Shown in pieces: positions 49,099 through 58,416 of a DNA stretch of 64,000 bases (the first letter of the stretch is position 1; the number at the start of each line of letters is the position of its first letter). Position numbers and translations under genes: made by a program. The notes under the pieces were generated by a model. It saw nothing but the letters and a program-made list of their open reading frames with translations, was not told the origin of the DNA and searched no databases. The stretch is from Spirochaetales bacterium (lineage in GTDB: Bacteria > Spirochaetota > Spirochaetia > JABEVK01): the NCBI GenBank assembly GCA_037142615.1, contig JBAXAI010000013.1, forward strand, positions 1 to 64,000, read 5' to 3'.

Positions 49099-50049
49099 TT
49101 ACTGGTAACTAATATAGACAGGTCGGGGCGTCAAGCTCATCACCTGCGCCGGGGTCAGCAACGGGATATCCATGCCGTTGGTCTTCCAACTCTTGCTCAG
49201 AAACAGTTTGAAGCCTTTCACCGGTAGATTCTTCATGCCGGCCAGGAACTTGTAGGTGTCGAGCTTGAGCTGTGGCGGCCCGAACCCGTCGGCGTGGTGC
49301 ACCAAATCGACCAGCGGAAAGTCGGCGCGCACCGCCTCGCGGTTCGAAATCATCTTGGCGTGGAACTGATGCAGGATGAGCATGCGCTTGCCCGGCAGTT
49401 GGTTCTGCTCCAGGTAGTCGTTCATCATCTGCTCGGCCTTGTTGACGTCGTCGGCACGGATGGTCCCCAGTTCTACGCCCGGGTTGGGGGTCTTCCACTC
49501 CGGGTCGATGGCCAGGTGGACGTTGGGGTAGGCGAGCCAGCGAAGCATGGTCTTCATCGCCGCCTCGATGCTGTACTTGCCCAGTTGGTGATCCAGGATG
49601 ACCACCATGTCGTTCTTGGCAGCAAACTCGATGTACTTCAGTACGGTTGCGTCGGTGAGCATGCCTACGTTGGCGTCGGGATAGCACGTGGCGTAGATCA
49701 GATGGAATGCCGGTACCACCTTGACACCGTCCGAAACGGCCTCCCAAGTCTTCACCGTGGCATCGAGCTGGAGTTTCGTCGCCTCGATGCTCTGTTCACC
49801 TAGAATGCCCATCTTGCGGCTGGAAGGTTGGCCATAGAAGGCGACCACCATCTGGCCGTCGAGCACGCTGGCCGGGTGAAACAGCCGGTTCCAGTCGTCC
49901 ACCCACGCAGGCAGACCCTTGCGCGGGGGGGTGGCATGTTGGGCGTCTTCTACCAGCAGAGGGCTGCGAGGGTCGGCATTTTGCGACAAAAGAAGGGGTG
50001 AGGCCAGCAGCAGGCCGGTCAGGACGAGCAGGGTGCGGAGAAGGCGCAT
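49099..50049 (-). CDS. Conserved exported protein of unknown function (possible TIM-barrel hydrolase)
   Basis: Signal peptide; motifs AFYGQP..MGILGE, ILDHQLG, VHLAIDPEW, LHQF, HADGFG, GFKLF. Confidence 0.7.
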   Translation of the reverse strand: MRLLRTLLVLTGLLLASPLLLSQNADPRSPLLVEDAQHATPPRKGLPAWVDDWNRLFHPASVLDGQMVVAFYGQPSSRKMGILGEQSIEATKLQLDATVKTWEAVSDGVKVVPAFHLIYATCYPDANVGMLTDATVLKYIEFAAKNDMVVILDHQLGKYSIEAAMKTMLRWLAYPNVHLAIDPEWKTPNPGVELGTIRADDVNKAEQMMNDYLEQNQLPGKRMLILHQFHAKMISNREAVRADFPLVDLVHHADGFGPPQLKLDTYKFLAGMKNLPVKGFKLFLSKSWKTNGMDIPLLTPAQVMSLTPRPVYISYQ

Positions 50050-50147
50050 AAAGACTCCCGGATTGGACTGTCTAGATCATCGGCGCGAGGGGGGTCAAAT
50101 CTTCACCCAAACCCGGATTTCCTCTACAATGGCACCCCGAGGCCCCC

Positions 50148-51215
50148 ATGACCGACAAGCTAGAAGCCCGTGAACGCCGCTACCAAGAGGTCGAGAAGCT
50201 CCTTTCTGACCCCGGCGTCACCACTGACCAGAAACGCTACCGCGAACTCAGCCAGGAGTTTGCCGACTTGTCCGAGATCGTGCAGGCCTGGCGGGCGCAC
50301 CAGAAGCTGGCGAACGACCTGCAGGATGCCCTCGACCTGGTCGACGCGGAGTCCGACGTCGAGATGAAGGCGATGGCGCGCGAAGAGGCCAAGACGCTCG
50401 AAAAGGCCCTCGAAGACAGCGAAGGCGCGCTCAAGAGCCTGCTGATGCCGCGTGACCCCCTCGACGCCAAGAACATCATCATGGAAATCCGGGCCGGCAC
50501 CGGCGGCGAGGAAGCGGCCCTGTTTGCCGGCGACCTGTACCGGATGTACACCCGCTTTGCCGAAGTCAAACGCTGGAAGTGCGAGGTGCTCGAGGCCAAC
50601 CAGAGCGACTTGGGCGGCTTCAAAGAAGTGATCTTCAGCATCAGCGGCAAAGGCGTTTACGGGCAGATGCGCTACGAATCGGGCGGTCACCGCGTGCAGC
50701 GCGTGCCGGTCACTGAGGCCAATGGTCGCATCCAGACCTCAGCCGCCACGGTGGCGGTGCTCCCCGAGGCCGAAGAAACCGACGTCGTGATCAACGACCG
50801 CGACCTCAAGATCGATGTGTTTCGCTCGTCGGGCCCCGGCGGCCAGTCGGTCAACACGACCGACTCCGCCGTGCGCATCACCCACCTTCCCACGGGCACG
50901 GTCGTCACCTGCCAAGATGAAAAGTCGCAGCTCAAGAACAAGGTGAAGGCCATGAAGGTGTTGCGCTCGCGCATCCTCGAGGCCGAGGCCCAGAAGGCGG
51001 CTGCCGCGATGTCAGCGCTCCGCAAGGACCAGGTGGGTTCGGGTGACCGCAGCGACCGCATCCGCACCTACAATTTTCCGCAGAACCGGCTGACCGACCA
51101 CCGTGTGAACCTGACGCTTTACAACCTGGACCGCGTCATGGACGGCAGCCTCGACGAGATCATCGACGCGCTCAAGATCGACGCGCAGAGCGCCCTGCTG
51201 CAAGAGGCGACTTGA
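50148..51215 (+). CDS. prfA: Peptide chain release factor 1
   Basis: EIRAGTGGEEAALF, HRVQRVPVTE (PxT), GPGGQSVNTTDS, RTYNFPQ. Confidence 0.98.
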   Translation: MTDKLEARERRYQEVEKLLSDPGVTTDQKRYRELSQEFADLSEIVQAWRAHQKLANDLQDALDLVDAESDVEMKAMAREEAKTLEKALEDSEGALKSLLMPRDPLDAKNIIMEIRAGTGGEEAALFAGDLYRMYTRFAEVKRWKCEVLEANQSDLGGFKEVIFSISGKGVYGQMRYESGGHRVQRVPVTEANGRIQTSAATVAVLPEAEETDVVINDRDLKIDVFRSSGPGGQSVNTTDSAVRITHLPTGTVVTCQDEKSQLKNKVKAMKVLRSRILEAEAQKAAAAMSALRKDQVGSGDRSDRIRTYNFPQNRLTDHRVNLTLYNLDRVMDGSLDEIIDALKIDAQSALLQEAT

Positions 51216-52126
51216 CCGTTCGGGACGCCTGGAGGCAAGGGGTCGAGGCGCTCCGGAAGGCCGAAGTGCCCACCGAAAGCCCCGACCTCGACGCCCGTGT
51301 TCTGTTGAAACATCTGCTGGGGACCGACCTCACCGGCCTCTTGTCGCGTTACCCCGAGCCCTTTTCCGACGAACTCCAGGCGCCATGGCTCGCGCTGCTT
51401 GGGCGTCGCGCGGGCGGTGAACCTGTGGCCTGGCTGGTGGGCAAGCAAGAGTTCATGGGCCTCGATTTTGTTGTGGGGCCTGGAGTTCTCGTGCCCCGCG
51501 CCGATACCGAAACCCTGGTGGAGGCAGCGCTGGAGCTGCTGGGCCCCGTGGTGTCGGCGGCCGAACTGGCCCCGGTGCGAGTGGTGGATGTGTGCACCGG
51601 CAGCGGTTGCGTGGCGCTGAGCCTTGCGGCGCTCACCCCGTCGCGGCTGCGACTGCAGGTTACAGCTACCGATCTGTCGGGCCAGGCGCTCGGGTACGCC
51701 TTCCGAAACGCCCAGCGGCTGTTGCCCACCGGGCCCCACGTCGAGTTTGTGGCCACCGACCTGCTCGAAGGCCTGGCGGGGCCGTTCGACCTGATCGTGA
51801 GCAACCCCCCCTACCTGACCCCGGACGAAACCGGTGACCGGGTGGGGGCAGGCGGCTGGAAGGAGCCGGCGTTGGCACTTGACGGCGGGGGCAAGGACGG
51901 GCTGGCGCTTATTCGGCGCCTGACTCAGCAGGCTGCCGGGCTTCTCGGGCCAGGAGGCTGGCTGCTGGTCGAAGCCGCCGACGCCCAAATGGAGGCGATG
52001 GAGGGCATTTTCCGTGAAAACGGGCTTGGTCCCTTGCGCGAATGGAAGGACCTCGCCGGCCAGCGGCGGGTTCTCGGTGGACAGGCTACAGCTCGACGTG
52101 ACCCTCTCGGATCGCCCACGCACTGA
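51212..52126 (+). CDS. prmC: Release factor glutamine methyltransferase
   Basis: VLVPRADTE, DVCTGSGC, SNPPY, ALDGG.DGL. TTGA overlap with prfA. Confidence 0.95.
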   Translation: MTVRDAWRQGVEALRKAEVPTESPDLDARVLLKHLLGTDLTGLLSRYPEPFSDELQAPWLALLGRRAGGEPVAWLVGKQEFMGLDFVVGPGVLVPRADTETLVEAALELLGPVVSAAELAPVRVVDVCTGSGCVALSLAALTPSRLRLQVTATDLSGQALGYAFRNAQRLLPTGPHVEFVATDLLEGLAGPFDLIVSNPPYLTPDETGDRVGAGGWKEPALALDGGGKDGLALIRRLTQQAAGLLGPGGWLLVEAADAQMEAMEGIFRENGLGPLREWKDLAGQRRVLGGQATARRDPLGSPTH

Positions 52127-52628
52127 GCTCCGTGGCCGTACGGGTCCCTGACTTTTTCATCAGCGCGGACCGGCACTTCTCGACCACTTTGACGCTCAAG
52201 CCCAGTTCGAGCGCGATTTCCTTGTTGATACGCCCTCGGAACAGGCCGTCGAGAACACGGCGTTCCCTCTCGGTGAACAGAAGGGTCTCCGATTGCCAGA
52301 CCGTGACCAGCACGTGCGCCACCTCGGAACTGATATAGCGCTGTCCGGCAAGCAATTGCGTCACGGCTGCGACGAGCGAACCGGGAAACGTCGTCTTGAG
52401 CTGCCTCGCCAGCGTGACACCGTCGGACTCTTCGGAAGTGCTGATATCGACGAGGGCAAGGTCGAAGGCGCAGGCCCGAACCTGCGACAAGAAATCGGCC
52501 ACGTTACCGCTCTCGGCGACCACCTGCACATCTTTGAGCCCCAGGAGGATGGACTTGATTCCCTCACGAACGATGCCGTGATCATCAAACAGGGCGACGC
52601 GACGCACTCCGGTCGTTCCTTCGTTCAT
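52086..52628 (-). CDS. NarL/LuxR family response regulator with an internally deleted receiver domain (possible pseudogene)
   Basis: FDDHGIVREG, LVDIS and LuxR HTH TERERRVL..NKEIALELGLS.K.VE. The beta4-alpha4-beta5 part of REC is missing (FPG joins directly to SLVAAV). Confidence 0.75.
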   Translation of the reverse strand: MNEGTTGVRRVALFDDHGIVREGIKSILLGLKDVQVVAESGNVADFLSQVRACAFDLALVDISTSEESDGVTLARQLKTTFPGSLVAAVTQLLAGQRYISSEVAHVLVTVWQSETLLFTERERRVLDGLFRGRINKEIALELGLSVKVVEKCRSALMKKSGTRTATELSAWAIREGHVEL

Positions 52629-52709
52629 GGTCCCACTCTAGTTCAACCCAGCCCCGGCCGCACGCCAAACCGACTGGAATCGCACTCTCCTTGCCCCCAT
52701 AATCAGGGC

Positions 52710-54392
52710 ATGGATATCGGAACTCTCAGCCTGGTCGCCGTTCTGCTGCTTGCGGTTCAAGTGTTGGCGCTAGCGGCCCTTTGGGACCGCCAGAAAGCCT
52801 ATCCGGGCCACGGCTGGTGCATACTCGGGCGGGCCGCCAACCTGTTGGCGTTTCTGTTCGCGTACTTGCGCGTCGTTCCGGAATGGACCTCGTGGGCTTC
52901 GTTGTTCGGCATGTTGCTCTTCTTGCTGGGCGATGCCGGAGTTTGGATAGGCACTGCCCGTTTTTTCGGCCGAAAAGTACCTTGGCTGCCGACCATAGCC
53001 CTGATTGCTGCCTCGGCGGTCGCCTTTTTGTACTGGACTTTCGCCGACGATGGGGTTGCCCAGCGCCGAGTCGTACTCTACGTGGTGGCCGCTTCGTTCA
53101 GTGGCGCTGTCGTCTGGACCACCTTGAGGTGGTCAGCCGCTGCCGAGCGGCGGCCCGCACTGCTCCTGGCCTGGGTCGAGGGGGTGCAGGCGACGGCACT
53201 TCTGGCAGCCTCGCTGCTGGTGTTCGGCACGGCCCAGAATAGTTTGGAGCTGGCGCCCTCGTTGTCGTCGGTGCTGGCCCAGTTAACGACCTTGGTCCTG
53301 TCCACTTTGGCCAGCTTCGCCCTCGTCTTGTTGATCAACCGCCGGCTGATCGGCGAGGCAAGCGCCGCGAGCAGATCCTTGGCTGTCACCACGGCGCGCT
53401 TTGAGCGGGCCATCCGGGGTACCTCTGACGGGATCTGGGACTGGAACGTCGTCACCGGCAGCGACTACCACTCCCCTCGCTATCACCAGCTTTTGGGGTT
53501 TGAGGAAGGCGAAGTTCCGCCGACGTCCGACGGCTTCGAAGCGTTGGTACACCCCGACGACCTCCCGAGGGTCAACGCGGCCCAAAGGGACCATCTGGTC
53601 GACCACCAACCCTACGCCATCGAGTTCCGCATGCGCCACCGTTCGGGCGACTGGCGATGGTTCCTGTCCCGGGGGCAGGCGGAGTGGTCTCCTGACGGCG
53701 AGCCGTTACGGATGTCTGGCTCGCTCACCGACGTCACCGAGCGGCGAAGGCTCGACAGCGAGATCGACAAGCTTCTGGCCGAAAAAGAGCTCCTGCTGCA
53801 GGAAGTCCACCACCGCATCAAGAACAACATGTTGACCATGAGCTCTCTGCTGACTCTACAGAGCCAGGCGGCGTCCGAGCCGGCTACGTCGCACGCGCTG
53901 GGCGAGGCGGCCCAACGCCTGCGCAGCATGCTGATCCTTTACGAGAAACTGTTCTTCGCGCACGACTATGAGTCGGTGTCTATGGCCGAATACCTGCACG
54001 ATCTGGTAGAGCAAAGTCGCCGAGTCAGCGGGCGCGGCGCCGAGTTCGACGTTGACTACCAGTTGGGCGACCTGGTTCTCGACGCGTCGCGGGCCCTGAG
54101 TGTCGGCATCCTCGTGAACGAACTGGTCGACAACGCCTTCAAGTACGCCCGGACGGCCGCTGGACGGCCCCGGCTCACCCTGGAAATCCACTCCCTTGCC
54201 GACCGGGCTTTCGTGGTCGTCGCCGACAACGGCGCAGGCTTTTCGGAAGCCAACCCCTCTTCCACCGGCTTCGGCCTGACCTTGACCCGGCAAATCGCCG
54301 ACAACCTCGGTGGCGAGCTCAGGCTCGACGCCTCCGGTGGTGTCCGGTGGACTCTCGAGTTCGGGGCGTCCCCTATTGTTGTGCCTACTTGA
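52710..54392 (+). CDS. Membrane PAS sensor histidine kinase (HisKA_2 type)
   Basis: About seven TM helices, PAS (GIWDWN, VHPDD, EFRMRH), H-box EVHHRIKNN, NELVDNAFKYA, DNGAG, GFGL. ATG 52710. Confidence 0.92.
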   Translation: MDIGTLSLVAVLLLAVQVLALAALWDRQKAYPGHGWCILGRAANLLAFLFAYLRVVPEWTSWASLFGMLLFLLGDAGVWIGTARFFGRKVPWLPTIALIAASAVAFLYWTFADDGVAQRRVVLYVVAASFSGAVVWTTLRWSAAAERRPALLLAWVEGVQATALLAASLLVFGTAQNSLELAPSLSSVLAQLTTLVLSTLASFALVLLINRRLIGEASAASRSLAVTTARFERAIRGTSDGIWDWNVVTGSDYHSPRYHQLLGFEEGEVPPTSDGFEALVHPDDLPRVNAAQRDHLVDHQPYAIEFRMRHRSGDWRWFLSRGQAEWSPDGEPLRMSGSLTDVTERRRLDSEIDKLLAEKELLLQEVHHRIKNNMLTMSSLLTLQSQAASEPATSHALGEAAQRLRSMLILYEKLFFAHDYESVSMAEYLHDLVEQSRRVSGRGAEFDVDYQLGDLVLDASRALSVGILVNELVDNAFKYARTAAGRPRLTLEIHSLADRAFVVVADNGAGFSEANPSSTGFGLTLTRQIADNLGGELRLDASGGVRWTLEFGASPIVVPT

Positions 54393-55581
54393 TCCGGTAG
54401 AGTTCCAGGTTGTTGTCGAGCAGGTCGGTAAACGCCAGAAACTGGCTGTCGGCCGAAAAGGCCAAGCCGGTGGGCTGGTTGCGTCCCCACACCGTGGCTA
54501 CCACGTTCCCCGTGGCATCGAGCAGCGAGACCTGCCCAAAGTCGGGCCCGGGCAGCTGGTAGTCCACCGCGTTGTTCTTGCCCCGGGTGGCAAGGGCAGC
54601 CCACTTGCCATCCGCCGAGACGGTCATGGCGTGCGGGTTGGAACCAACTGAGAGTGTCGCTTTCAACTTTTTGCTGGACAACGAATAAACCAGCAACTGA
54701 GCCGAGCCCATGTCACCCACATACAGGGTGTCGCCCAAAGCTGCGACGGGCCGTGGTGCGGATCCTGCTGCCCAAGTTTCCTTAACCTTCCACGTAGCGG
54801 TGTCGACGAGCGCCAGGCGGCCCGAATCGAAAAGGGCTACGTACAGGGTCTTGTCGTCGCCCGAGACACCCCGGGGAGCGTTGCCCAGGCTCGTCGAAAC
54901 CAACACCTTATGGGTTGATGGGTCGATCGAAACCAGCGCTCCGCTATCGGCGTTGTAGAACCCGGCTCGGCCGGTGCTAGGCGGCACGAAGTAGGCATTG
55001 CCACCCCCCGTAAGGGGGATATTCCCTTTCCAAGACAGGGCTTTCGCGTCGAAGATCTGAAGGTTGCCATCGGTTTCGAGGGCCCAGATTTCGCCCTGGG
55101 CGTTGCGCCACTGCACATCGGTGAACCCACCGGTCCCCGAACTGGGAACTAGCTTGCCGGCGAGCTTGAGGCTGGGCACGTCGTAGATTTCGATCGTAGC
55201 CTCGGCGGCCAGCGCGACCAGAAGTTTTTTGCCGTCGGGCGAAAAGGCCAGGCTCCGGGGGGAACGCCCTGTGGCACCTTCGCCGACAAGGCTGAGCAAC
55301 GAAGTCCGAGGCTCGAGCTTCGCCTGGACCTGCGGCATTCCATCCTTGACGTCGAGCTGCAGTCCAAGCGGTTGACGATCAGGAGCCGAGAGGTTGATTC
55401 GGACCTTTCCGGGGGCAAACTGGTACAAGCGGTTGCCGTCGGCGCGGCTGGCGTAGGTCAGCCGTTCGCCCTGGCGGAAAACTTCGTAGTCGCGGGGGAA
55501 GACCTTGAAGACCACGCCCACCTGAGCCGAAGCCCCCCACGTGGTACCCGCCACCAGCAGAAGAAGAAGCCACTTTTTCAT
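54385..55581 (-). CDS. Exported YncE/YVTN-like beta-propeller protein
   Basis: Signal peptide; repeats PRSLAFSPDG, PRGV, VGSNPHAMTVSADG, QPTGLAFSAD. Confidence 0.8.
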   Translation of the reverse strand: MKKWLLLLLVAGTTWGASAQVGVVFKVFPRDYEVFRQGERLTYASRADGNRLYQFAPGKVRINLSAPDRQPLGLQLDVKDGMPQVQAKLEPRTSLLSLVGEGATGRSPRSLAFSPDGKKLLVALAAEATIEIYDVPSLKLAGKLVPSSGTGGFTDVQWRNAQGEIWALETDGNLQIFDAKALSWKGNIPLTGGGNAYFVPPSTGRAGFYNADSGALVSIDPSTHKVLVSTSLGNAPRGVSGDDKTLYVALFDSGRLALVDTATWKVKETWAAGSAPRPVAALGDTLYVGDMGSAQLLVYSLSSKKLKATLSVGSNPHAMTVSADGKWAALATRGKNNAVDYQLPGPDFGQVSLLDATGNVVATVWGRNQPTGLAFSADSQFLAFTDLLDNNLELYRIK

Positions 55582-55594
55582 GGCGAACACCTTA

Positions 55595-56788
55595 TCACCT
55601 GCGGGGTTTCTTTTCCACTGTCAACCGATGGAGCAGTGCCTGCGCCTGCTCGTTGTCAGGACCGAGTTCGAGGGCTGCTGCGCAATCCGCCAACGCATCG
55701 TCCAGCCTGCCTGACTCCGCATAACTTTCGGCGCGCAGTAGCAGAACCTCCTGCTGGTACGGCTGGAGTTCCAGACTGCGGGTAAAGTCGGCGGCAGCAG
55801 GCCCAAACTCATCGAGCGAGTGCCTCACGGTGCCGCGGTAGAAGAACGCCTTGGAGTTTTGGGGGTCGGCCGTGATAGCCCGGTCGAAGTCTTCGAGCGC
55901 GTTTTCGTAGAGCGACTCCGAGAAATAGGCCATGCCCCGGTGCACCAGCACCAGCGACTGCACAAACGGTTGCGGCGCGAGCTTCAGGATGGCCGAGTAG
56001 AGGTTGATGGCCTTCTTGTACTTGTTGCGGTTGTGAGCGGTCAGCGCGTCGAGCAGCGCCTGGTCGAGGTTGTCGATGGTGGGGTGGTGCTCTTCCGCCT
56101 CCGGCTCGCGGGGCTGCTCACCACCATCCTGGAGGGTGGCCAGATAATGGTGACGCCGTTTGTCGAGCTCATGGTTGAGCTGCCGCTGGTACTCGCGGAT
56201 CTCCTGGAAGATGATGTCCGACAGCGTGAGGTTGGCGTTCAGCGCCGCCATCTTGCGTTTGAGAGGTTGGTCGAAGGGCAGGAACTTCGACTTGTAAATC
56301 AGCTCGTGCTCCACCTCGGCCCACGCGTCCTGCAAAATGGTGCGCACCTGGATTTCGCAGGGCAGGGGCGGGCTCAGGGCCAGCTTGTCGATCAGGTCGG
56401 ACGGTAGCGCGACCAGAAAGTGCGTCGAATCGTAACCGAACTCCTTGAAGCTCTGCACGGCGCCTTTTTTTTCTTCTTCGAGCACTTCGAAGTTCCGTCG
56501 GATCAGCTCTTCGATGCGCTTGAGGTCTTCCAAAAACGGGCAGACCAGCCGGATGCCGAGCACATCGTGCACCTGCACCCTCTCGGGCGAAACGCCGTGG
56601 CGGATCTTTTTGAGCACTTTGTCGAACCAGCTTGGGAAGCTCTTGACGCGTACCTTGATGCCGGCGTGCAGGCCCTCAGCCTCGAGCCAGGTTCGAAAAC
56701 GAAGCTCCAAGTCCTGCAGGATGAGCTCGTAGAGGCGTCGGTCGGCCTCGTACTGCCGCTCCAACACCTTGCGGTTGGGGAGGCTCAC
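55595..56788 (-). CDS. RelA/SpoT-type small alarmone synthetase domain fused to TPR repeats
   Basis: RVKSFPSWFDK, HDVLGIR, FGYDSTH, EIQVRTILQDAWAEVEH, followed by several TPRs (HRGMAYF, YRGTV). GTG start overlaps the upstream stop. Confidence 0.9.
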   Translation of the reverse strand: MSLPNRKVLERQYEADRRLYELILQDLELRFRTWLEAEGLHAGIKVRVKSFPSWFDKVLKKIRHGVSPERVQVHDVLGIRLVCPFLEDLKRIEELIRRNFEVLEEEKKGAVQSFKEFGYDSTHFLVALPSDLIDKLALSPPLPCEIQVRTILQDAWAEVEHELIYKSKFLPFDQPLKRKMAALNANLTLSDIIFQEIREYQRQLNHELDKRRHHYLATLQDGGEQPREPEAEEHHPTIDNLDQALLDALTAHNRNKYKKAINLYSAILKLAPQPFVQSLVLVHRGMAYFSESLYENALEDFDRAITADPQNSKAFFYRGTVRHSLDEFGPAAADFTRSLELQPYQQEVLLLRAESYAESGRLDDALADCAAALELGPDNEQAQALLHRLTVEKKPRR

Positions 56789-57270
56789 GCGAACCCCAGC
56801 TCTTGGAGGGCCTGGATGCTTTGGGCCGACGAAGTGTGCAGCACGAACACCCCACCGGCGTCTTCCCAGGGGGCCTGAAGCTTCAAACGGTCGTCGACGA
56901 GCACCATGGTCTGGCCGAGTTCGAGCGTCGCATCGGCCACCAGCGCTTTTTCGCGCGACAGACAGCAGACCACCTCGACTTCCGCGCCGAGCTCGCGCGC
57001 GCACCAGGCCCGCTTCTGCGGTTCGGCCCAGTTGCCCCTCGGCAGTCCGGTGAGTATCGTCGGTGCGAACCTCCGGCTGAACTCCCACAGGTCGCGGCCG
57101 TCGGCCATCCAGGGCAGGGTGTCGTAGAAGCCGGCAGCGCGGGCCAGCGCGGGCCACATCGCCTTGTCGCCCAGTTGTTCCGGAGTCTTTCCGGTCACCC
57201 GGACGACCCCCGCGTCGAAATCGGCCAGGACCCCGTCGAGGTCCAAGAACAACCGGTAACTTGTCTTCAT
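56785..57270 (-). CDS. HAD-superfamily 5'(3')-nucleotidase-like protein (NT5C type)
   Basis: FLDLDGVLADF (DxDG), ILTG, QKRAW, LVDDR, W...GG.FVLH. Confidence 0.82.
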   Translation of the reverse strand: MKTSYRLFLDLDGVLADFDAGVVRVTGKTPEQLGDKAMWPALARAAGFYDTLPWMADGRDLWEFSRRFAPTILTGLPRGNWAEPQKRAWCARELGAEVEVVCCLSREKALVADATLELGQTMVLVDDRLKLQAPWEDAGGVFVLHTSSAQSIQALQELGFA

Positions 57271-58346
57271 GACAACATTGTAACCCGGAAACTCGGGCTG
57301 GAAAGGTAAAAGTACGCCACGCTGCTCCAGTCGTCGTCGAAGCGCTCAAAAATCGCCCCGGGCATGGTCCGGTCGAGGCGCACGCCCAGGCCGTTTTGCC
57401 ACACGTCGAGGCCTTGGTCGAGCATCGAGGCGATACCTGCCGGGGGCGCGTTGCCGATCTGCTGGATGCAGACCCGGATATCGGTGTCGAACCACACCGG
57501 GTCGGGGCCGTGGAACCGGTAGAACGCGTAGCGGCCTGCTTCTTCGTCGGCCTCGAGGCAACCCTGCCATTGGTGGGCAAACACCCCCTGGCCCCAGCCG
57601 GTGCCGATGTAGTCTTCGACGCCGGTGCCTGCGAGTGTGGGGTAGGTGCCATCGCCGTCGATCCAGCACTTGAGCTCGCCTTCGCCCCACCAGGTGCCTT
57701 TCATCCTGGGGTTGACGGTGACGCCGAAGCTGGCCCCCAGGTAGCGGCCTTGGCCTTGGATCAGCGGCAGAATCGTGTAGTCGACCATCGGCGTGGTGGC
57801 CCTCTCGCGGCGGTACAGCGCGTGAAAGTACAGCGCTTCGGGGCCCAGTTGGTCGCCCTGTGTAAAGTCAACCTGGTAAAACAGTTGCCCCTCGGTGACC
57901 GTGGCGCTTTCGTTGGTGACGGTGATCTTCATGCCGGTGCGGAACGGCATCGGAAGCACGCAGTTGAAGCTGCGGCCCTCGGGGTTCGAAAAGAATGCGT
58001 TCTCCATGGGCACCAGCTTGCCGGTGTTGCAGCAGAAAAAGTCGCCCAGAGGAACCGAAACGGCCGGGGTGGCCTCGCCGTCCCAGAAGCATTCCAGGCG
58101 CAGCGCGCGCAGCATCTCGGGGTTGTCACGCGTTTCGAAGGTGATCCACAGCCGTCGCACGACTCCGCTGCCTTGCGCCTCGGCCAGCACGTGGCTTTCG
58201 CCAGGGCCCAGGTTGGGGCGGCAGGGTGCTCCCTTGCGGCCTTTCCAGGCCTGCGCCGCCGCGCCTTTTTCGGCACGCGGGTTCTCGGCGTTGGCCCAGC
58301 GGGTGAACACCCCGGCCGGTTTGTGGAACAACTCGTGGCCTGACAT
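57267..58346 (-). CDS. Glycoside hydrolase family 172 (DUF2961)
   Basis: AENP, G.G.VRRLWIT, WDGE..P.V.VPLGDFF, MPF, WWGEGE, GTGVEDY, YRFH..DP; GGAGG RBS. Confidence 0.9.
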   Translation of the reverse strand: MSGHELFHKPAGVFTRWANAENPRAEKGAAAQAWKGRKGAPCRPNLGPGESHVLAEAQGSGVVRRLWITFETRDNPEMLRALRLECFWDGEATPAVSVPLGDFFCCNTGKLVPMENAFFSNPEGRSFNCVLPMPFRTGMKITVTNESATVTEGQLFYQVDFTQGDQLGPEALYFHALYRRERATTPMVDYTILPLIQGQGRYLGASFGVTVNPRMKGTWWGEGELKCWIDGDGTYPTLAGTGVEDYIGTGWGQGVFAHQWQGCLEADEEAGRYAFYRFHGPDPVWFDTDIRVCIQQIGNAPPAGIASMLDQGLDVWQNGLGVRLDRTMPGAIFERFDDDWSSVAYFYLSSPSFRVTMLS

Positions 58347-58416
58347 GGTGGCCTCCCGTCAGACTCTCGGGTCGAACCCCTTGGCCTGTCAAGAAGTCCC
58401 GGGCTATTCTCGCCGC

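Noticed and set aside
56789-57652. N-terminal extension making a 685-aa RelA/SpoT ORF
   Set aside because: Out-of-frame overlap with the nucleotidase and GH172 genes with Arg/Pro-rich shadow composition. GTG 56788 overlapping the upstream stop is the credible start.
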